DNA from: Candidatus Binatia bacterium
GTDB taxonomy: Bacteria > Desulfobacterota > Binatia > HRBIN30
Direction: 5' to 3'
NCBI GenBank assembly: GCA_038245295.1
Contig: JBBRSP010000031.1
Coordinates: 1 to 64,000, forward strand
Length of the DNA stretch: 64,000 bases
The notes under the pieces were generated by a model. It was not told the origin of the DNA. It was given only the letters and a program-made list of their open reading frames with translations, and searched no databases. How positions within the stretch are numbered: position 1 is the stretch's first letter; each line of letters starts with the position of its first letter. Below are positions 1 through 9,673 of the stretch, one piece after another. Made by a program: the position numbers and the translations under genes.

Positions 1-1
1 C

Positions 2-376
2 TTCAGCGTGGCGGGGACACCGGTCACCGTTGCGGCGGGTGTGGCGCCCTTGGGCACGTGCGCAACGCCGGTGACGGTATCGGCGGGCTCCGTGGTGATC
101 ACGGAAACGGTACCGGCAGGCACGACGCTGACGGGAGTCACTACAATGCCCAGTGGGTTGCTGGTCGGCAGTAATCTTGCCGCGGGCACAGTCACGGTGA
201 CAGTCACGGCCGGCGCGCAGACCATGGTCACGTTCATCAACTCGGCCGCCGTCACTCAGGTTCACGAGTCGGCTCCGGCGCTGAACGGATTCGGTCTTTT
301 GGCGATGGCCCTCCTCCTCGGTGCAATTGGAAGGGTCGCCGTGTCGCGCTCCAGCGCGGTGAAGAGTGCGGACTAG
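2..376 (+). CDS. C-terminal part of a surface protein with an IPTL-CTERM-like sorting tail (5' end outside window)
   Basis: The frame is open from the window edge. A Thr/Val/Gly-rich beta segment ends in APALNGFGLLAMALLLGAIGRVAVSR (short motif, hydrophobic helix, basic residues), resembling IPTL-CTERM. Confidence 0.6.
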   Translation, partial: FSVAGTPVTVAAGVAPLGTCATPVTVSAGSVVITETVPAGTTLTGVTTMPSGLLVGSNLAAGTVTVTVTAGAQTMVTFINSAAVTQVHESAPALNGFGLLAMALLLGAIGRVAVSRSSAVKSAD

Positions 377-486
377 CCGTAGTAGCTTCATCGAGAAGGC
401 TCCTTGCAGTCGCAACCACGGCTCCAAGTTACTTCAGGCTCCTCCCGCTCCGTGCCTCCGTGGTGAGTAGTGAGGCGGAATTACAG

Positions 487-1320
487 CTACCGTAGCGGAT
501 GCTGCTCGAAGAACTTCCAGATGCGTTCCGCCGCTTGGGGTGGCCAGCGGTGGTCACCGTCGTTCTCGCAATAGACGACATCGGCGCCGCTACGGCAGCC
601 GCTGTAGCGGCGGCATCCGTCCGACTCCGTCGGTTCGCCGCAACCGTCGAGCTTGGCCCATTGGTCACGGGTCGCTCGCGCGGCGTCGATCGGAACCACC
701 GAATCGTTGCTGCCGTGGTGGATGATCACCGGCACCGGGCGGCTTGGGGAGCAGTTGGTTGCTATGCGGCCGCCGCCGACCGGCGCAATCGCGGCGATGC
801 GATCGGCCATCTCGCAGGCGAGCAGGTTGCTGAAGAAGCCGCCGTTGGAGAATCCGGTCGAGTAAACCCGCGACGGCTCGATGCAGTACTCGCTCTCGAT
901 TTGCTGCAGCATGGCTTTGACGAAGGCGACATCGCGATTGTCAGCGGTGAAGAACTCCCAACCAGAGCCGTCGCGTCCGAGTAGATGCACCGGCAAGCCG
1001 TCCGGGTAAACTGTGATGAACCCCGCGCTGGCGGCGATCGGAGTAAATCCGGAATTCTGTTCGAGTCCGACGGCGCTGTGCCCGAAGCCGTGAAAGAAGA
1101 AGACGAGTGGCGCCGGATGTTTGGGGCTGACGCTGTCCGGGACATCGAGGAGATAGCGACGCGTCGTGCCGGCCACCTCGACGCTACGCTCGAGGCGGGA
1201 GCCGGCTTCGACCTTCTCAAGCGCGCAGCCACCACTCGGCGCGGCGTGAGCGCTCAGTGGAGCTAGGAGGAGTGTGAGACTCAGGACCGTTCGTGGAAGG
1301 CTCATCATCACGACACTCAT
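487..1320 (-). CDS. Secreted alpha/beta-hydrolase, PHB depolymerase/LpqC-like esterase
   Basis: Signal peptide, FFFHG, VYPDG, GFSNGG nucleophile elbow, HGSND and GDHRWP catalytic Asp/His motifs. Confidence 0.85.
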   Translation of the reverse strand: MSVVMMSLPRTVLSLTLLLAPLSAHAAPSGGCALEKVEAGSRLERSVEVAGTTRRYLLDVPDSVSPKHPAPLVFFFHGFGHSAVGLEQNSGFTPIAASAGFITVYPDGLPVHLLGRDGSGWEFFTADNRDVAFVKAMLQQIESEYCIEPSRVYSTGFSNGGFFSNLLACEMADRIAAIAPVGGGRIATNCSPSRPVPVIIHHGSNDSVVPIDAARATRDQWAKLDGCGEPTESDGCRRYSGCRSGADVVYCENDGDHRWPPQAAERIWKFFEQHPLR

Positions 1321-1391
1321 ACCGTTTGGCGGGTCCCGATTCGACCGTCAGTAACTCCGGTTGACGCTAACGCTTGCCAACGGCGTGGGGA

Positions 1392-1474
1392 TCTCACGCA
1401 GAGTCGCAAAAGCGCCGAGCGTACCACGCATCCGCGGTTGTTGTGCTCTCTGCGGCTTTGCGTCTTTGCGAGAG
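1392..1474. repeat. Imperfect inverted repeat (CGCAAAG/CTTTGCG-type REP-like element)
   Basis: TCTCACGCAGAGTCGCAAA ... TTTGCGTCTTTGCGAGAGA in an intergenic gap. A similar 9-nt-period element lies at ~416-466 (ACCACGG ... CTCCGTGCCTCCGTGGT). Confidence 0.6.
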
Positions 1475-1494
1475 ACGATCGACGATTGCTCCGT

Positions 1495-3981
1495 TCAGCT
1501 GCCCGCCATGGCGCGTTGGAACTCGTGACACGTGTCGCGGAACGCCGGGTCGCAGTAGTACGTGCCGAGGAACAGGAACATCTCATCCTCTGTCGTCAGT
1601 CCGCCGACCACCGGGCAGGCGTCGCAGCGGCCATCGTTGGCGCCGCTGCTGGTGTCGCAGGAGCGGTCACGTGCCAGTTGGCCGATGCCGCGGCAGGCGC
1701 TGCCCACGAGCCCGTCGGTGCAGGCGACGGCGACGGCGCAAGGTCCGCCGACCGGGATACCGTTCGGGGCCTTGGGCGACGTCGACTTGCGCTTCACCTC
1801 GGCCGGATTGCCTTTGCCGTTGTCGTACTCGGCGCAGTAGCGGTAGGTGCGTGTCGCTGCATCCGCGTTGCCGAGGAGGAGCGGCGGGTCGAACTTGAGG
1901 TGTACCGGATCGTTGTACTGTGTGCTGGTGTAGAGCAGCTCACCTCTCGGATCGTAGATCTGGAACAGCTTGCCGTGGCGATGCATGTGCGAGCTGATCT
2001 CGAACAGGGTGGCGCCCTGGTCGAAGGTGAATTGATAACAATAGCGCCGGCGTTCGTATGGCGGCACGTTCATGATGAAGATCTTGTTGTCCGGATCGAG
2101 AATGCCGCCCTGGATCGGATAGAGCTGCTCCTGCGGCTGGGCGAATTCGAAATTCACCCAGGCTTCCACCTTGCCGGGCTTCTGGTTGAGGTTGAAGGCG
2201 TGCGAGTTCCACACGATGATGCCCTTCAGCGGTAGTTCTTCGTAAACGCCCGGCGCGAAGTAGTTGTTCGCCAGCGGCTCCTGTGAGCCGCCGAAGGCCG
2301 GCGCTTTGCCCGGCAACTGCAGGTCGTCTGGACCGAATCCGAAGCATGCGGCTGCAACCTTGGCAGCGCTACCGCAGACGCCCTCGCTGCCACAGAAGCT
2401 TAGATTCTTCGGGTCGCAGCTCTCGCCGTCGTGCGGCCCGCCTTTGCAGGTCCAGGCGCCCCAGGACGGGTCGTTGGTGTCGGCGCTCCCCAGGTAGATG
2501 TGAATGATCAGATGATGGCTCAGTGGATCCTGGGTCTCGATGCGACTCTTGAAACGGAACGTGCCGTAAGTGCTGCGCGCTTCCGGCGGCACCTGATCGG
2601 TGAAGTCGTAGTACGAGGCCTGGCACACTTCGGTCTCACTGGTTGGCTTGAGCGGCAGCTTCGGCATGCGGAGCTGCACGCCTTCGCCGGGTGCTGGCGG
2701 TGCTGGCGGGCGAATCTGGATCGGGTCGGGCGGCGGTGCGCAGGCATCGAGCAGGTCGGCGACGCCGCGCACGACGCCGGTTTCGGGGGCGCCGGAGTAG
2801 ATCCACAGACGCACCGCCTCGAGTTCGTTCTGTGTCAGTGGCGGCAGTCCGCCGCTGGGCATCGGGCTGCCTTCGAGGTCGGGAATGTTGCCGAGCGTCG
2901 CGGCGGCAAGCTTGCGGAACAGTTGGCTGTTGTCCTTGTCACCCGGCTCGACACGCTTGTGCACGCTGCCGAGCGACGGCACGTCGACCAGCGCGGCGTA
3001 CGATGCGCCGCGGCGCAGATCGAGACCGCCGACCTGGGCGCTGCCATGGCAGGCGTTGTTCGTGCAGCCCTTGCTCTCGAACACCGCCGCTTGAATCAGC
3101 TGGAAGGTGCTGGGGAAAAAGTTGCACGAGCTCTTGGTGCAGTTGTTGTGGCAGGCGTCGTCGTCGATCGAGTTGCCGTCGTCACACTCTTCGCCAGCTT
3201 CCTTGGCGCCGTTGCCGCAGCTCGGTGGCGGGCAGGTGACAGCGCCTTGCACGTAACCGGCGGCGGTGAGGCAGTTGGCGCGTTTCTCGATCAGGTCGAG
3301 GTAGGTGCCAACGGTCTTGCCGAAGTAGGTGGCGAAGTCGCTGCCGCAGGTGGCTTCGAGCTGCTGGGTCAGGAGCGCGCGCAACTCGGCGAGCCGCGCA
3401 TCGACGCGCGCCATGCGGCCCCGCTTGGCTTCGGGGCCGAGGCTCGACTTGGCAATCACATCGAGGGCACGCTGGCGTAGTTGGCTGGCTCGGCGCAGCA
3501 GCAGCCGCGCCTTGCGAGTGCCTTCGCGCGTGCAGGGGGGAACGCTGGCGGGTGTGCCGATACTTGCGGAACTACCACCGGCACCAAACATCACAGACAG
3601 TGTGGCGTCGGATTCGGATTCGCAGGAGTTTGCGACGTCGCGTTGCGCTTCATCGACGCCGAGGAAGCCGAGGATCTGCACCGCCGTGGCGTCGCATGCC
3701 GTGGCGATCATCGTGCGCGCTTTTTGTTTGGCCGCGTCGATGGCGGCATCACGCGCTGTGAGATCGCAGGCGCTGCCGGCATTCTCGGTATCGAGGCAGT
3801 GTTCCTGTGCCGCCAGGACCCGTTCGAGACAGGTGCGGCCGCCGAGGCCGATGACCTGCTGGCAACGCGCCGCCGCGCCCCCGAAGTGGCCGTAGAAGTC
3901 CAAGCTCGGCGGTGGCCCATGGCCCCAGGCGGCAAACGGGATGGCGGTCGCAATGGCGATCGTCACGAGAATACGGCGCAT
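1495..3981 (-). CDS. Secreted multidomain protein: Cys-rich N-terminal domain, DUF4215-like repeat, c-type cytochrome domain, copper type II (PHM/DBH-like) monooxygenase domains
   Basis: ATG at 3981 follows a GGAGGGAG RBS and starts a signal peptide. Motifs: CGNGxxExGEECDDGN; CTNNACH with later MP and WIxxGA; SHH, NSHAFN, SHMHRHG and TEDEM. Confidence 0.75.
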   Translation of the reverse strand: MRRILVTIAIATAIPFAAWGHGPPPSLDFYGHFGGAAARCQQVIGLGGRTCLERVLAAQEHCLDTENAGSACDLTARDAAIDAAKQKARTMIATACDATAVQILGFLGVDEAQRDVANSCESESDATLSVMFGAGGSSASIGTPASVPPCTREGTRKARLLLRRASQLRQRALDVIAKSSLGPEAKRGRMARVDARLAELRALLTQQLEATCGSDFATYFGKTVGTYLDLIEKRANCLTAAGYVQGAVTCPPPSCGNGAKEAGEECDDGNSIDDDACHNNCTKSSCNFFPSTFQLIQAAVFESKGCTNNACHGSAQVGGLDLRRGASYAALVDVPSLGSVHKRVEPGDKDNSQLFRKLAAATLGNIPDLEGSPMPSGGLPPLTQNELEAVRLWIYSGAPETGVVRGVADLLDACAPPPDPIQIRPPAPPAPGEGVQLRMPKLPLKPTSETEVCQASYYDFTDQVPPEARSTYGTFRFKSRIETQDPLSHHLIIHIYLGSADTNDPSWGAWTCKGGPHDGESCDPKNLSFCGSEGVCGSAAKVAAACFGFGPDDLQLPGKAPAFGGSQEPLANNYFAPGVYEELPLKGIIVWNSHAFNLNQKPGKVEAWVNFEFAQPQEQLYPIQGGILDPDNKIFIMNVPPYERRRYCYQFTFDQGATLFEISSHMHRHGKLFQIYDPRGELLYTSTQYNDPVHLKFDPPLLLGNADAATRTYRYCAEYDNGKGNPAEVKRKSTSPKAPNGIPVGGPCAVAVACTDGLVGSACRGIGQLARDRSCDTSSGANDGRCDACPVVGGLTTEDEMFLFLGTYYCDPAFRDTCHEFQRAMAGS

Positions 3982-4086
3982 TAGAACTCCCTCCACGGCG
4001 TCGCACTCATACTTGCCCGAGGCGGGGCGGGCAAGAACGAGGGGCCCAATGGGCGGTTCGTCGGGTCGTTTGGTTCTTGGCGCCGC

Positions 4087-4165
4087 CGCAAGCTGAAGCT
4101 TGCGCCTACCGGTACGCATGAGGGCGAGATGGTAGGCGCCGGCTTTAGCCAGGCTTTAGCCTGCG
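4087..4165. repeat. GTAG-type REP pair
   Basis: CGCAAGCTGAAGCTTGCGCCTACC followed by GGTAGGCGCC-GGCTTTAGCC-AGGCTTTAGCCTGCG. Relatives at ~7181-7206, ~39184-39206 and ~56742-56825. Confidence 0.75.
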
Positions 4166-4177
4166 GTGGACGTGCCC

Positions 4178-7105
4178 CTACGGCAACCGCATCGGCTTGT
4201 ATTGGAAATTGCGGAACAGCTCCGCCTGATCGCCGTTGTGGCCGGCGACAATGCCGATCCCCGGCTTGCGATGGCGAATGAAGGCGCTCTCGCCGGGGGC
4301 GATGATGTTGCTGCCGACCAGCGGCTGCGTCAGCGAGACGATCTGCATGTAGGTGCTGCGGTTATGGGTGGCCACCTTTCCGAAGTTGGTGGGGCGTGTG
4401 CCGGCCGTAAACATGGTGCTGGTGAGGCTGCCGTGGCAATCGAAGTCGTGGTTCAGCCGCTCGCGCCAACCCCATTGCGTCACATCATTCGTATTGAATC
4501 CCAGAACGTCGACACCTGGTCCGTCGCAAGTCCCGTAGGAAAGCTTTGGCAGCGCGCCATTCCCGGCCAGTAAAGCGATCGCATCATTCAGGCTGGCGAT
4601 GATCATCTCATCACGATGGCCACCGAAGTAGTCGCCGTGGAAGCGTTGCGGTGCGCCGCTTGCCGAGCCGTCGAGCGCATGGACCACCATGCCGTAGGTC
4701 GTCTCGCCAACCCATTCCGTATTGTTGATCGTGCGATCGGCGAAGTTGATGGTGCCAATGTAGGGGGAGTTGGGCTGCATGCCGCCGCCGAAGAGGTTCT
4801 GGCGGAAGGAATACCACCACTGGAACAGGATCGACATGCCGGGTTGAGCGAGGAACGGGCTGTACGCGGGATCGTAGTGGCCGTCTTCGAGGTGAATCGA
4901 ATCCTGATCGACGAGGTATTGGTTCCATCCATCGAGGGTGGCGACCGCTTCCGCGAGCAACGGGTGCTGCGTCGAGTCGGTGAGCGGCGAGTTGGCGGCG
5001 ACCAGGCGATCATAGGCGGCGCTGATCAACGGCACGAAGTAGCTGGCGCTCGGGGCGACGGTGTCCTCGCTGTTGTCGACGGTGCCGATGTCCTTGGCGA
5101 TCAAGCGAATGTCCTCGGCATTGTGATTGTGGCCGCTGTCGAGCAGGAAGCCGATGCGTTCGGACCGATAGATCGGTCCCCAGTGTTCATCATGGGTGTT
5201 ACCTTCGAGCACACACTCCTCGGCCGCCGGCTTGGTGTTCCAGTTGACGACGTAGCCTTGCGGCGGGTTGATCGAATAGATGGATTTGCTGAACGGCGTG
5301 TACATCGAGCCGTCCGGATTCGGCTGCCATTCCTGGCTGCCGGTGCCATCGGATGGGAAGCGATCGTCGAACCCAATCGGATAGTTCACACGACTGCCGG
5401 CGCTCCAATAGCCGATGTTGCCGCGCTGGTCGGCGTAGAAGAAATTGTGCAACGAGATGACCTTGGCGACGGCGGCGTCGAACTCGGCCACCGTCTTGGC
5501 GGTGCTGAAACGCGCGAAGCCTTCGAGGGTCGACAACTCGTTCTTCCACGAGGACGCCTTGTAGGTGAAAGCGTGCGGGTGTTGCGGATCGGTGAAGTCC
5601 CAGGCGGTTACCGGCCCGTGGAAGTGCTGCGGGTCGCAATCGTTGACGCGGAACACATTGAGCAACAGCGGGGCGCGGCGCGGTGTGCCGTAGGCCGGCG
5701 TCTGTGTCGGCACTTCGCCGGCGAAGTGGATGACCTCGGTGCGACGATCCATGGCGTGGTACTCGCCGTTCAGCAGGAAGTAGTAGTTGGCGTCGGCTGC
5801 TTGCGGATCCGCCGGGGCGCGCGTCGGGTCGAGTGTCTCCAGGTAGATCGTCGAGTTGTCCATCTCGCCGGAGGTTGTTGTGAAGGCGGTGCTGTCGGTG
5901 ATGCCGATCAGGACGAACGGTGCGCCGGGGATCTTCATGCCGCCGAAGGCCAGGTCCGGGGTGCGGCCGTAGACCTCGTTGTTGATGTTGGGGACGTCGA
6001 AGCCCTCCTGCGGGCCACCCCACAACAATGGCTTGCCGCTGCTGGTGCGTGTGCCGCTGACCACCCAACCGTTGCTGCCGTGCAGCGATGGCGCGCCGAA
6101 GTCGTGGCGCCGCTGCTCGGCGCGTTGCTCGCGCGCTTCGATCTGGTCGAGGGCCTGGCGGATCGATTCCTGCGTCAGACTGTCGACTGCTGATGGCTGG
6201 GTCGAGCGCGGCGCCCGGGCGGTTACCGGCAAGCTAAGGGGGCAAGCCGGCGGGGCGGGCCAGGTTTCGGTGCCGCTGTCGGTGATGACGGGGCCGACCG
6301 GGTCTTGCGGCAGCGACACCGGCGCCTTCGTATCCCTGACCCAGCGCACATCGTCGAAGATATCGCGGGCCGTCGCCGCCGGCGTTGGATCGCCGTTCTT
6401 GGTGACGAGCTGCGTAAGGTAACTCAGCAGCGCCGCGTGGCGCAGTTGCCGGCCGCCGCCGCCGCCGAACTGCGACACCAGCAAGCCGGCAATGGCCACC
6501 GAGTCGGCGACTTTCCACGGGCCGGGTTTGAAGGCGGTCTCGCCGCGCGCTTCGACGAGGCTGTAGTCGGTGCCGCCCGGCAAGCCGGCCGGAGTCATGA
6601 GCTTGACGAGCTCGCCGATACCGAAGAACTCGTGCGGCACCAGCTTGTGGCGGCCGCGGTAGATGCGGTCGACGTAGTAGTTGATGCCGTCGGCATAGGC
6701 GTGGAGGGCGAGCTGCAGATCGCAGGGCAGGGTGGTGAAGAAGTAGGCGCGTTCCTCCTCGGTGTAGAGATTGGTGCGCGAGTCGATGTCGCCACTGATC
6801 TGGCCCTTGCCGAACACCTCGGCGAGATGGCCGCTTGCCGAACGGCGGAAGAACTCGAGCTGAACGAGGCGATCGCGGGCGTCCTCGATGCCGATCTGGA
6901 AGTAGAGATCGTACGAGCTCTGGGCTGTGATGTGGGCGACGCCGTATCGGTCGTGCCGGACGCTGGGCTTGCCATGCTGAGTCGGCGGCGCCGGGCAGGG
7001 TAGCGGCAGGTTGGTCAGATTGGCGGTGCAAATGTCGGCCGCGGCGGAGGCGTGCTGGGCCAGCGTGAATAAGAGCGCGAGGCAGAACAGCGTGAGATGT
7101 TTCAT
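4178..7105 (-). CDS. Penicillin acylase family protein (Ntn hydrolase), secreted
   Basis: Signal peptide, DRYGVAHI, DRLVQLEFFRR, GSNGWVVSGTRTSSGKPLL (beta-chain N-terminal Ser), NFFYADQRGNIGY, INPPQGYVVNWN. Confidence 0.9.
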   Translation of the reverse strand: MKHLTLFCLALLFTLAQHASAAADICTANLTNLPLPCPAPPTQHGKPSVRHDRYGVAHITAQSSYDLYFQIGIEDARDRLVQLEFFRRSASGHLAEVFGKGQISGDIDSRTNLYTEEERAYFFTTLPCDLQLALHAYADGINYYVDRIYRGRHKLVPHEFFGIGELVKLMTPAGLPGGTDYSLVEARGETAFKPGPWKVADSVAIAGLLVSQFGGGGGRQLRHAALLSYLTQLVTKNGDPTPAATARDIFDDVRWVRDTKAPVSLPQDPVGPVITDSGTETWPAPPACPLSLPVTARAPRSTQPSAVDSLTQESIRQALDQIEAREQRAEQRRHDFGAPSLHGSNGWVVSGTRTSSGKPLLWGGPQEGFDVPNINNEVYGRTPDLAFGGMKIPGAPFVLIGITDSTAFTTTSGEMDNSTIYLETLDPTRAPADPQAADANYYFLLNGEYHAMDRRTEVIHFAGEVPTQTPAYGTPRRAPLLLNVFRVNDCDPQHFHGPVTAWDFTDPQHPHAFTYKASSWKNELSTLEGFARFSTAKTVAEFDAAVAKVISLHNFFYADQRGNIGYWSAGSRVNYPIGFDDRFPSDGTGSQEWQPNPDGSMYTPFSKSIYSINPPQGYVVNWNTKPAAEECVLEGNTHDEHWGPIYRSERIGFLLDSGHNHNAEDIRLIAKDIGTVDNSEDTVAPSASYFVPLISAAYDRLVAANSPLTDSTQHPLLAEAVATLDGWNQYLVDQDSIHLEDGHYDPAYSPFLAQPGMSILFQWWYSFRQNLFGGGMQPNSPYIGTINFADRTINNTEWVGETTYGMVVHALDGSASGAPQRFHGDYFGGHRDEMIIASLNDAIALLAGNGALPKLSYGTCDGPGVDVLGFNTNDVTQWGWRERLNHDFDCHGSLTSTMFTAGTRPTNFGKVATHNRSTYMQIVSLTQPLVGSNIIAPGESAFIRHRKPGIGIVAGHNGDQAELFRNFQYKPMRLP

Positions 7106-7219
7106 TTGTCTTGTCGCATCTGCCGATATGGGCGGATTGTCAAGCGATGGAGTTCGAAGAGCTACTCAGCGAAGCCAGCTCAGGCTTTAGCCGGCTTTAG
7201 CCTGCGCTGATGGCGGTGC

Positions 7220-8581
7220 TCAGCCGCCGACGTAGCGGTTGACGATGTCCGCCGTCAGCGCATTCTGCGTGATCACCTCGCGATACATCTCGGCACTTTT
7301 GCGCGGCGTGCGCAGCAGCTTGGGATCCTCATGGTCCATGGCGATGAGACCAAATTTTTTGGCGAATCCCTCGCGCCATTCGAAATTGTCGATGAGAGTC
7401 CAATGCATGTAGCCGCGCACGTCGGCGCCGTCGCGAATGGCGTCGTGCATCGCCGCCCAGTGGCTTACCAGGTAGCGGCGTCGCGCGTCGTCGCCGGAAT
7501 CGCAGCAGCCATTTTCGGTGACGTAGATCGGCTTGCCGAAGAGTCGCTGGGCGCGCAGTAGGACTTCGTAGAAACCGCGCGGGTAGACCTGCCAGCCCAT
7601 CTCGGTCATCTCGATCCCTGGCGGTCCGTTGGTGTTGCCAGGCTTGACGTTGGAGAAAGACCCCGGGCCGAGCTGGGCACTCAAGCGTGTGTAGTAGTTG
7701 ACGCCGATCCAATCGAAGGAATTGCGCAGGCCGGGCACGGCCTGGCCGTAGCCGAATGGCGGCTGGACGCGTCCGCGCAGCACGCTGTGATCCCAGGCGC
7801 CGAAGCTGCCCTGTTGCATGAACCAGGCGACCGGCCATTCGAGCTGACGCCAGGCGCCCGACTCATGGAACGGTTCGACATGCTGATACGCGGCGGCGAA
7901 GCCCACCATGGTTGGGCCGCCGCCGGGCGCCGTTGGCACGAGCTCATGAACGATGTGGTAGGCGCGCGTGTGGGCGTGCAACAAGCGTTCGAAGGCGCGT
8001 GCCGCCTCGAGCGGGTTGCGATGGCAGGGTGGGTGATAGCCGGCGATATAACCGGCCAGGATGGGGACCATCGGTTCGTTGAGGGTGACCCACAGGTCGA
8101 CGAATTCGCCAACCGCCGGGACGATGCGGCGCAGGAACATCTCCCATCGGATCAGCGCGTCGCGACTGAGCCAACTGCCGGCAGCGGCGAACCACTGCGG
8201 CACGACCCAGTGGTTCAAGGTGAGGCAGACACGGATGCGACGGCGTTGCAGATCCTGGAGAATGGTGCGGTAGCGTTCGATCGCCGCGCTGTCGAAGCGA
8301 CCGGGTTCGGGTTCAACGCGCGACCACTCGATGCCGAGTCGGAAGACGTTGTGGCGGTAGGATTTCATCAGGACGTGGTCGTCGTCGAAGCGCTCCCAAT
8401 AGTCGCAGGCGCGGCCGCTTTGTGAGCCGTCGTTGACCAGACCTTCCTGCTCCCAGGTCCACCAGTTGCTGTGGCGATTATTGCCTTCGATCTGATGTCC
8501 GGCGGTTGCCGTGCCCCACAGAAAACCGGACGGAAAGTTCAGCGGCTGGGTAAGTGCCGACGGGTTGCTGAGTTGACGCAT
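7220..8581 (-). CDS. Glycoside hydrolase family 1 (beta-glucosidase-like)
   Basis: FLWGTATAGHQIEG, TLNEP (acid/base), VTENG (nucleophile), DNFEW. Confidence 0.93.
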   Translation of the reverse strand: MRQLSNPSALTQPLNFPSGFLWGTATAGHQIEGNNRHSNWWTWEQEGLVNDGSQSGRACDYWERFDDDHVLMKSYRHNVFRLGIEWSRVEPEPGRFDSAAIERYRTILQDLQRRRIRVCLTLNHWVVPQWFAAAGSWLSRDALIRWEMFLRRIVPAVGEFVDLWVTLNEPMVPILAGYIAGYHPPCHRNPLEAARAFERLLHAHTRAYHIVHELVPTAPGGGPTMVGFAAAYQHVEPFHESGAWRQLEWPVAWFMQQGSFGAWDHSVLRGRVQPPFGYGQAVPGLRNSFDWIGVNYYTRLSAQLGPGSFSNVKPGNTNGPPGIEMTEMGWQVYPRGFYEVLLRAQRLFGKPIYVTENGCCDSGDDARRRYLVSHWAAMHDAIRDGADVRGYMHWTLIDNFEWREGFAKKFGLIAMDHEDPKLLRTPRKSAEMYREVITQNALTADIVNRYVGG

Positions 8582-8751
8582 GGCGGGCGTCTATACCAAA
8601 GCCGATCGGGCTGGGTCGACGGGTGGCGCCGTCGGGGTAGTGTCTCAGTTTGACCTGTTGGTGGCTGGCGGGTGGTGGATCCCAAATTAAGACACTAGCC
8701 GCGACGGGCTGGTCGTGGACTAGCCGAGGCACCCTTGTTAGCTAGCCCGGC

Positions 8752-9636
8752 GTGATTTCGCCGGAGTTGCGCCAGCGGTTGCATTGGGTCCATGTCGCGA
8801 ACGTGGCAGACATCGACCTGCGCCGGTTCCCGGACGTCTTGATTGTCGGGCCGCAGCGCACCGGCACGACGTGGTTGCATGCTCACCTGCGGTTTCATCC
8901 CCAGGTCCAGCTCTCCGAGCCCAAAGAGATCTTCTTCTTCAGCCGATTGAAGCCGCTCGGCCAGCCGAAGTTCGAATCGAACGAGCTTGCCTGGTACCTC
9001 AAGTTCTTCGACGAGCCATTATGGCTGCAGGCCGCCAAGCTCGGCCGCAGTCTCTTGCACTATCGCGAGTTTTACCGACCGACGGTGCGCGGTGAAGCAA
9101 CGGCCAGTTATGCCGCCCTCGACGACGAGATCATCGCCGAGATCGTCGCGCTCAGGCCCAACATCAAGATCATTACGATGATCCGCGAGCCCATCGACCG
9201 CGCCTGGTCGCACGCCAAGAAGGATCTCGTGCGTAACAGCAAGCGTCATTTCGACGATGTGAGCGAACAAGAGTTCCAGCAGTTCTTCGCCGACCCGTAT
9301 CAGCGGCAGTGTGCTCACTACGTTGAGAACTGCGAGCGCTGGGCCAAACACCTGCAGCCCGGCAACTTGTTTGTCGGTCTTTTTGATGATGTGGCGGCGC
9401 GGCCGGAACAATTGCTGCTCGAGGTCATGCGTTTCCTCGGCGTGCGCAGCGACGCGCGCTACATCCCGGACGACGTCCGCCAGGCCGTCAACCCGACGGC
9501 TGGATCGAAGATCCCGGCCGTGCACCACGGGTTTTTGGAGCAACTCTTCGCCTCTGACCTGCAGGCGCTTTCGCGACGTTGGGGGCTGCGCTGGCCGTTG
9601 GCAGGACGGCGCCCGCCCGCCTGCCGTCTCGAGTAG
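8752..9636 (+). CDS. Sulfotransferase family protein
   Basis: IVGPQRTGTT (5'-PSB loop), PKEIFFF, GEATASY, IREPIDRAWS (3'-PB). Confidence 0.88.
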   Translation: MISPELRQRLHWVHVANVADIDLRRFPDVLIVGPQRTGTTWLHAHLRFHPQVQLSEPKEIFFFSRLKPLGQPKFESNELAWYLKFFDEPLWLQAAKLGRSLLHYREFYRPTVRGEATASYAALDDEIIAEIVALRPNIKIITMIREPIDRAWSHAKKDLVRNSKRHFDDVSEQEFQQFFADPYQRQCAHYVENCERWAKHLQPGNLFVGLFDDVAARPEQLLLEVMRFLGVRSDARYIPDDVRQAVNPTAGSKIPAVHHGFLEQLFASDLQALSRRWGLRWPLAGRRPPACRLE

Positions 9637-9673
9637 AGGCCCTCGATCGGGTTGGATGCCCTCGACTTGAGAC

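Noticed and set aside
4616..6193. Long antisense ORFs opposite well-supported genes (also 2431-3480, 18011-19348, 26635-28023)
   Set aside because: Such ORFs are expected in high-GC DNA; they show no motifs and fully overlap confident genes.
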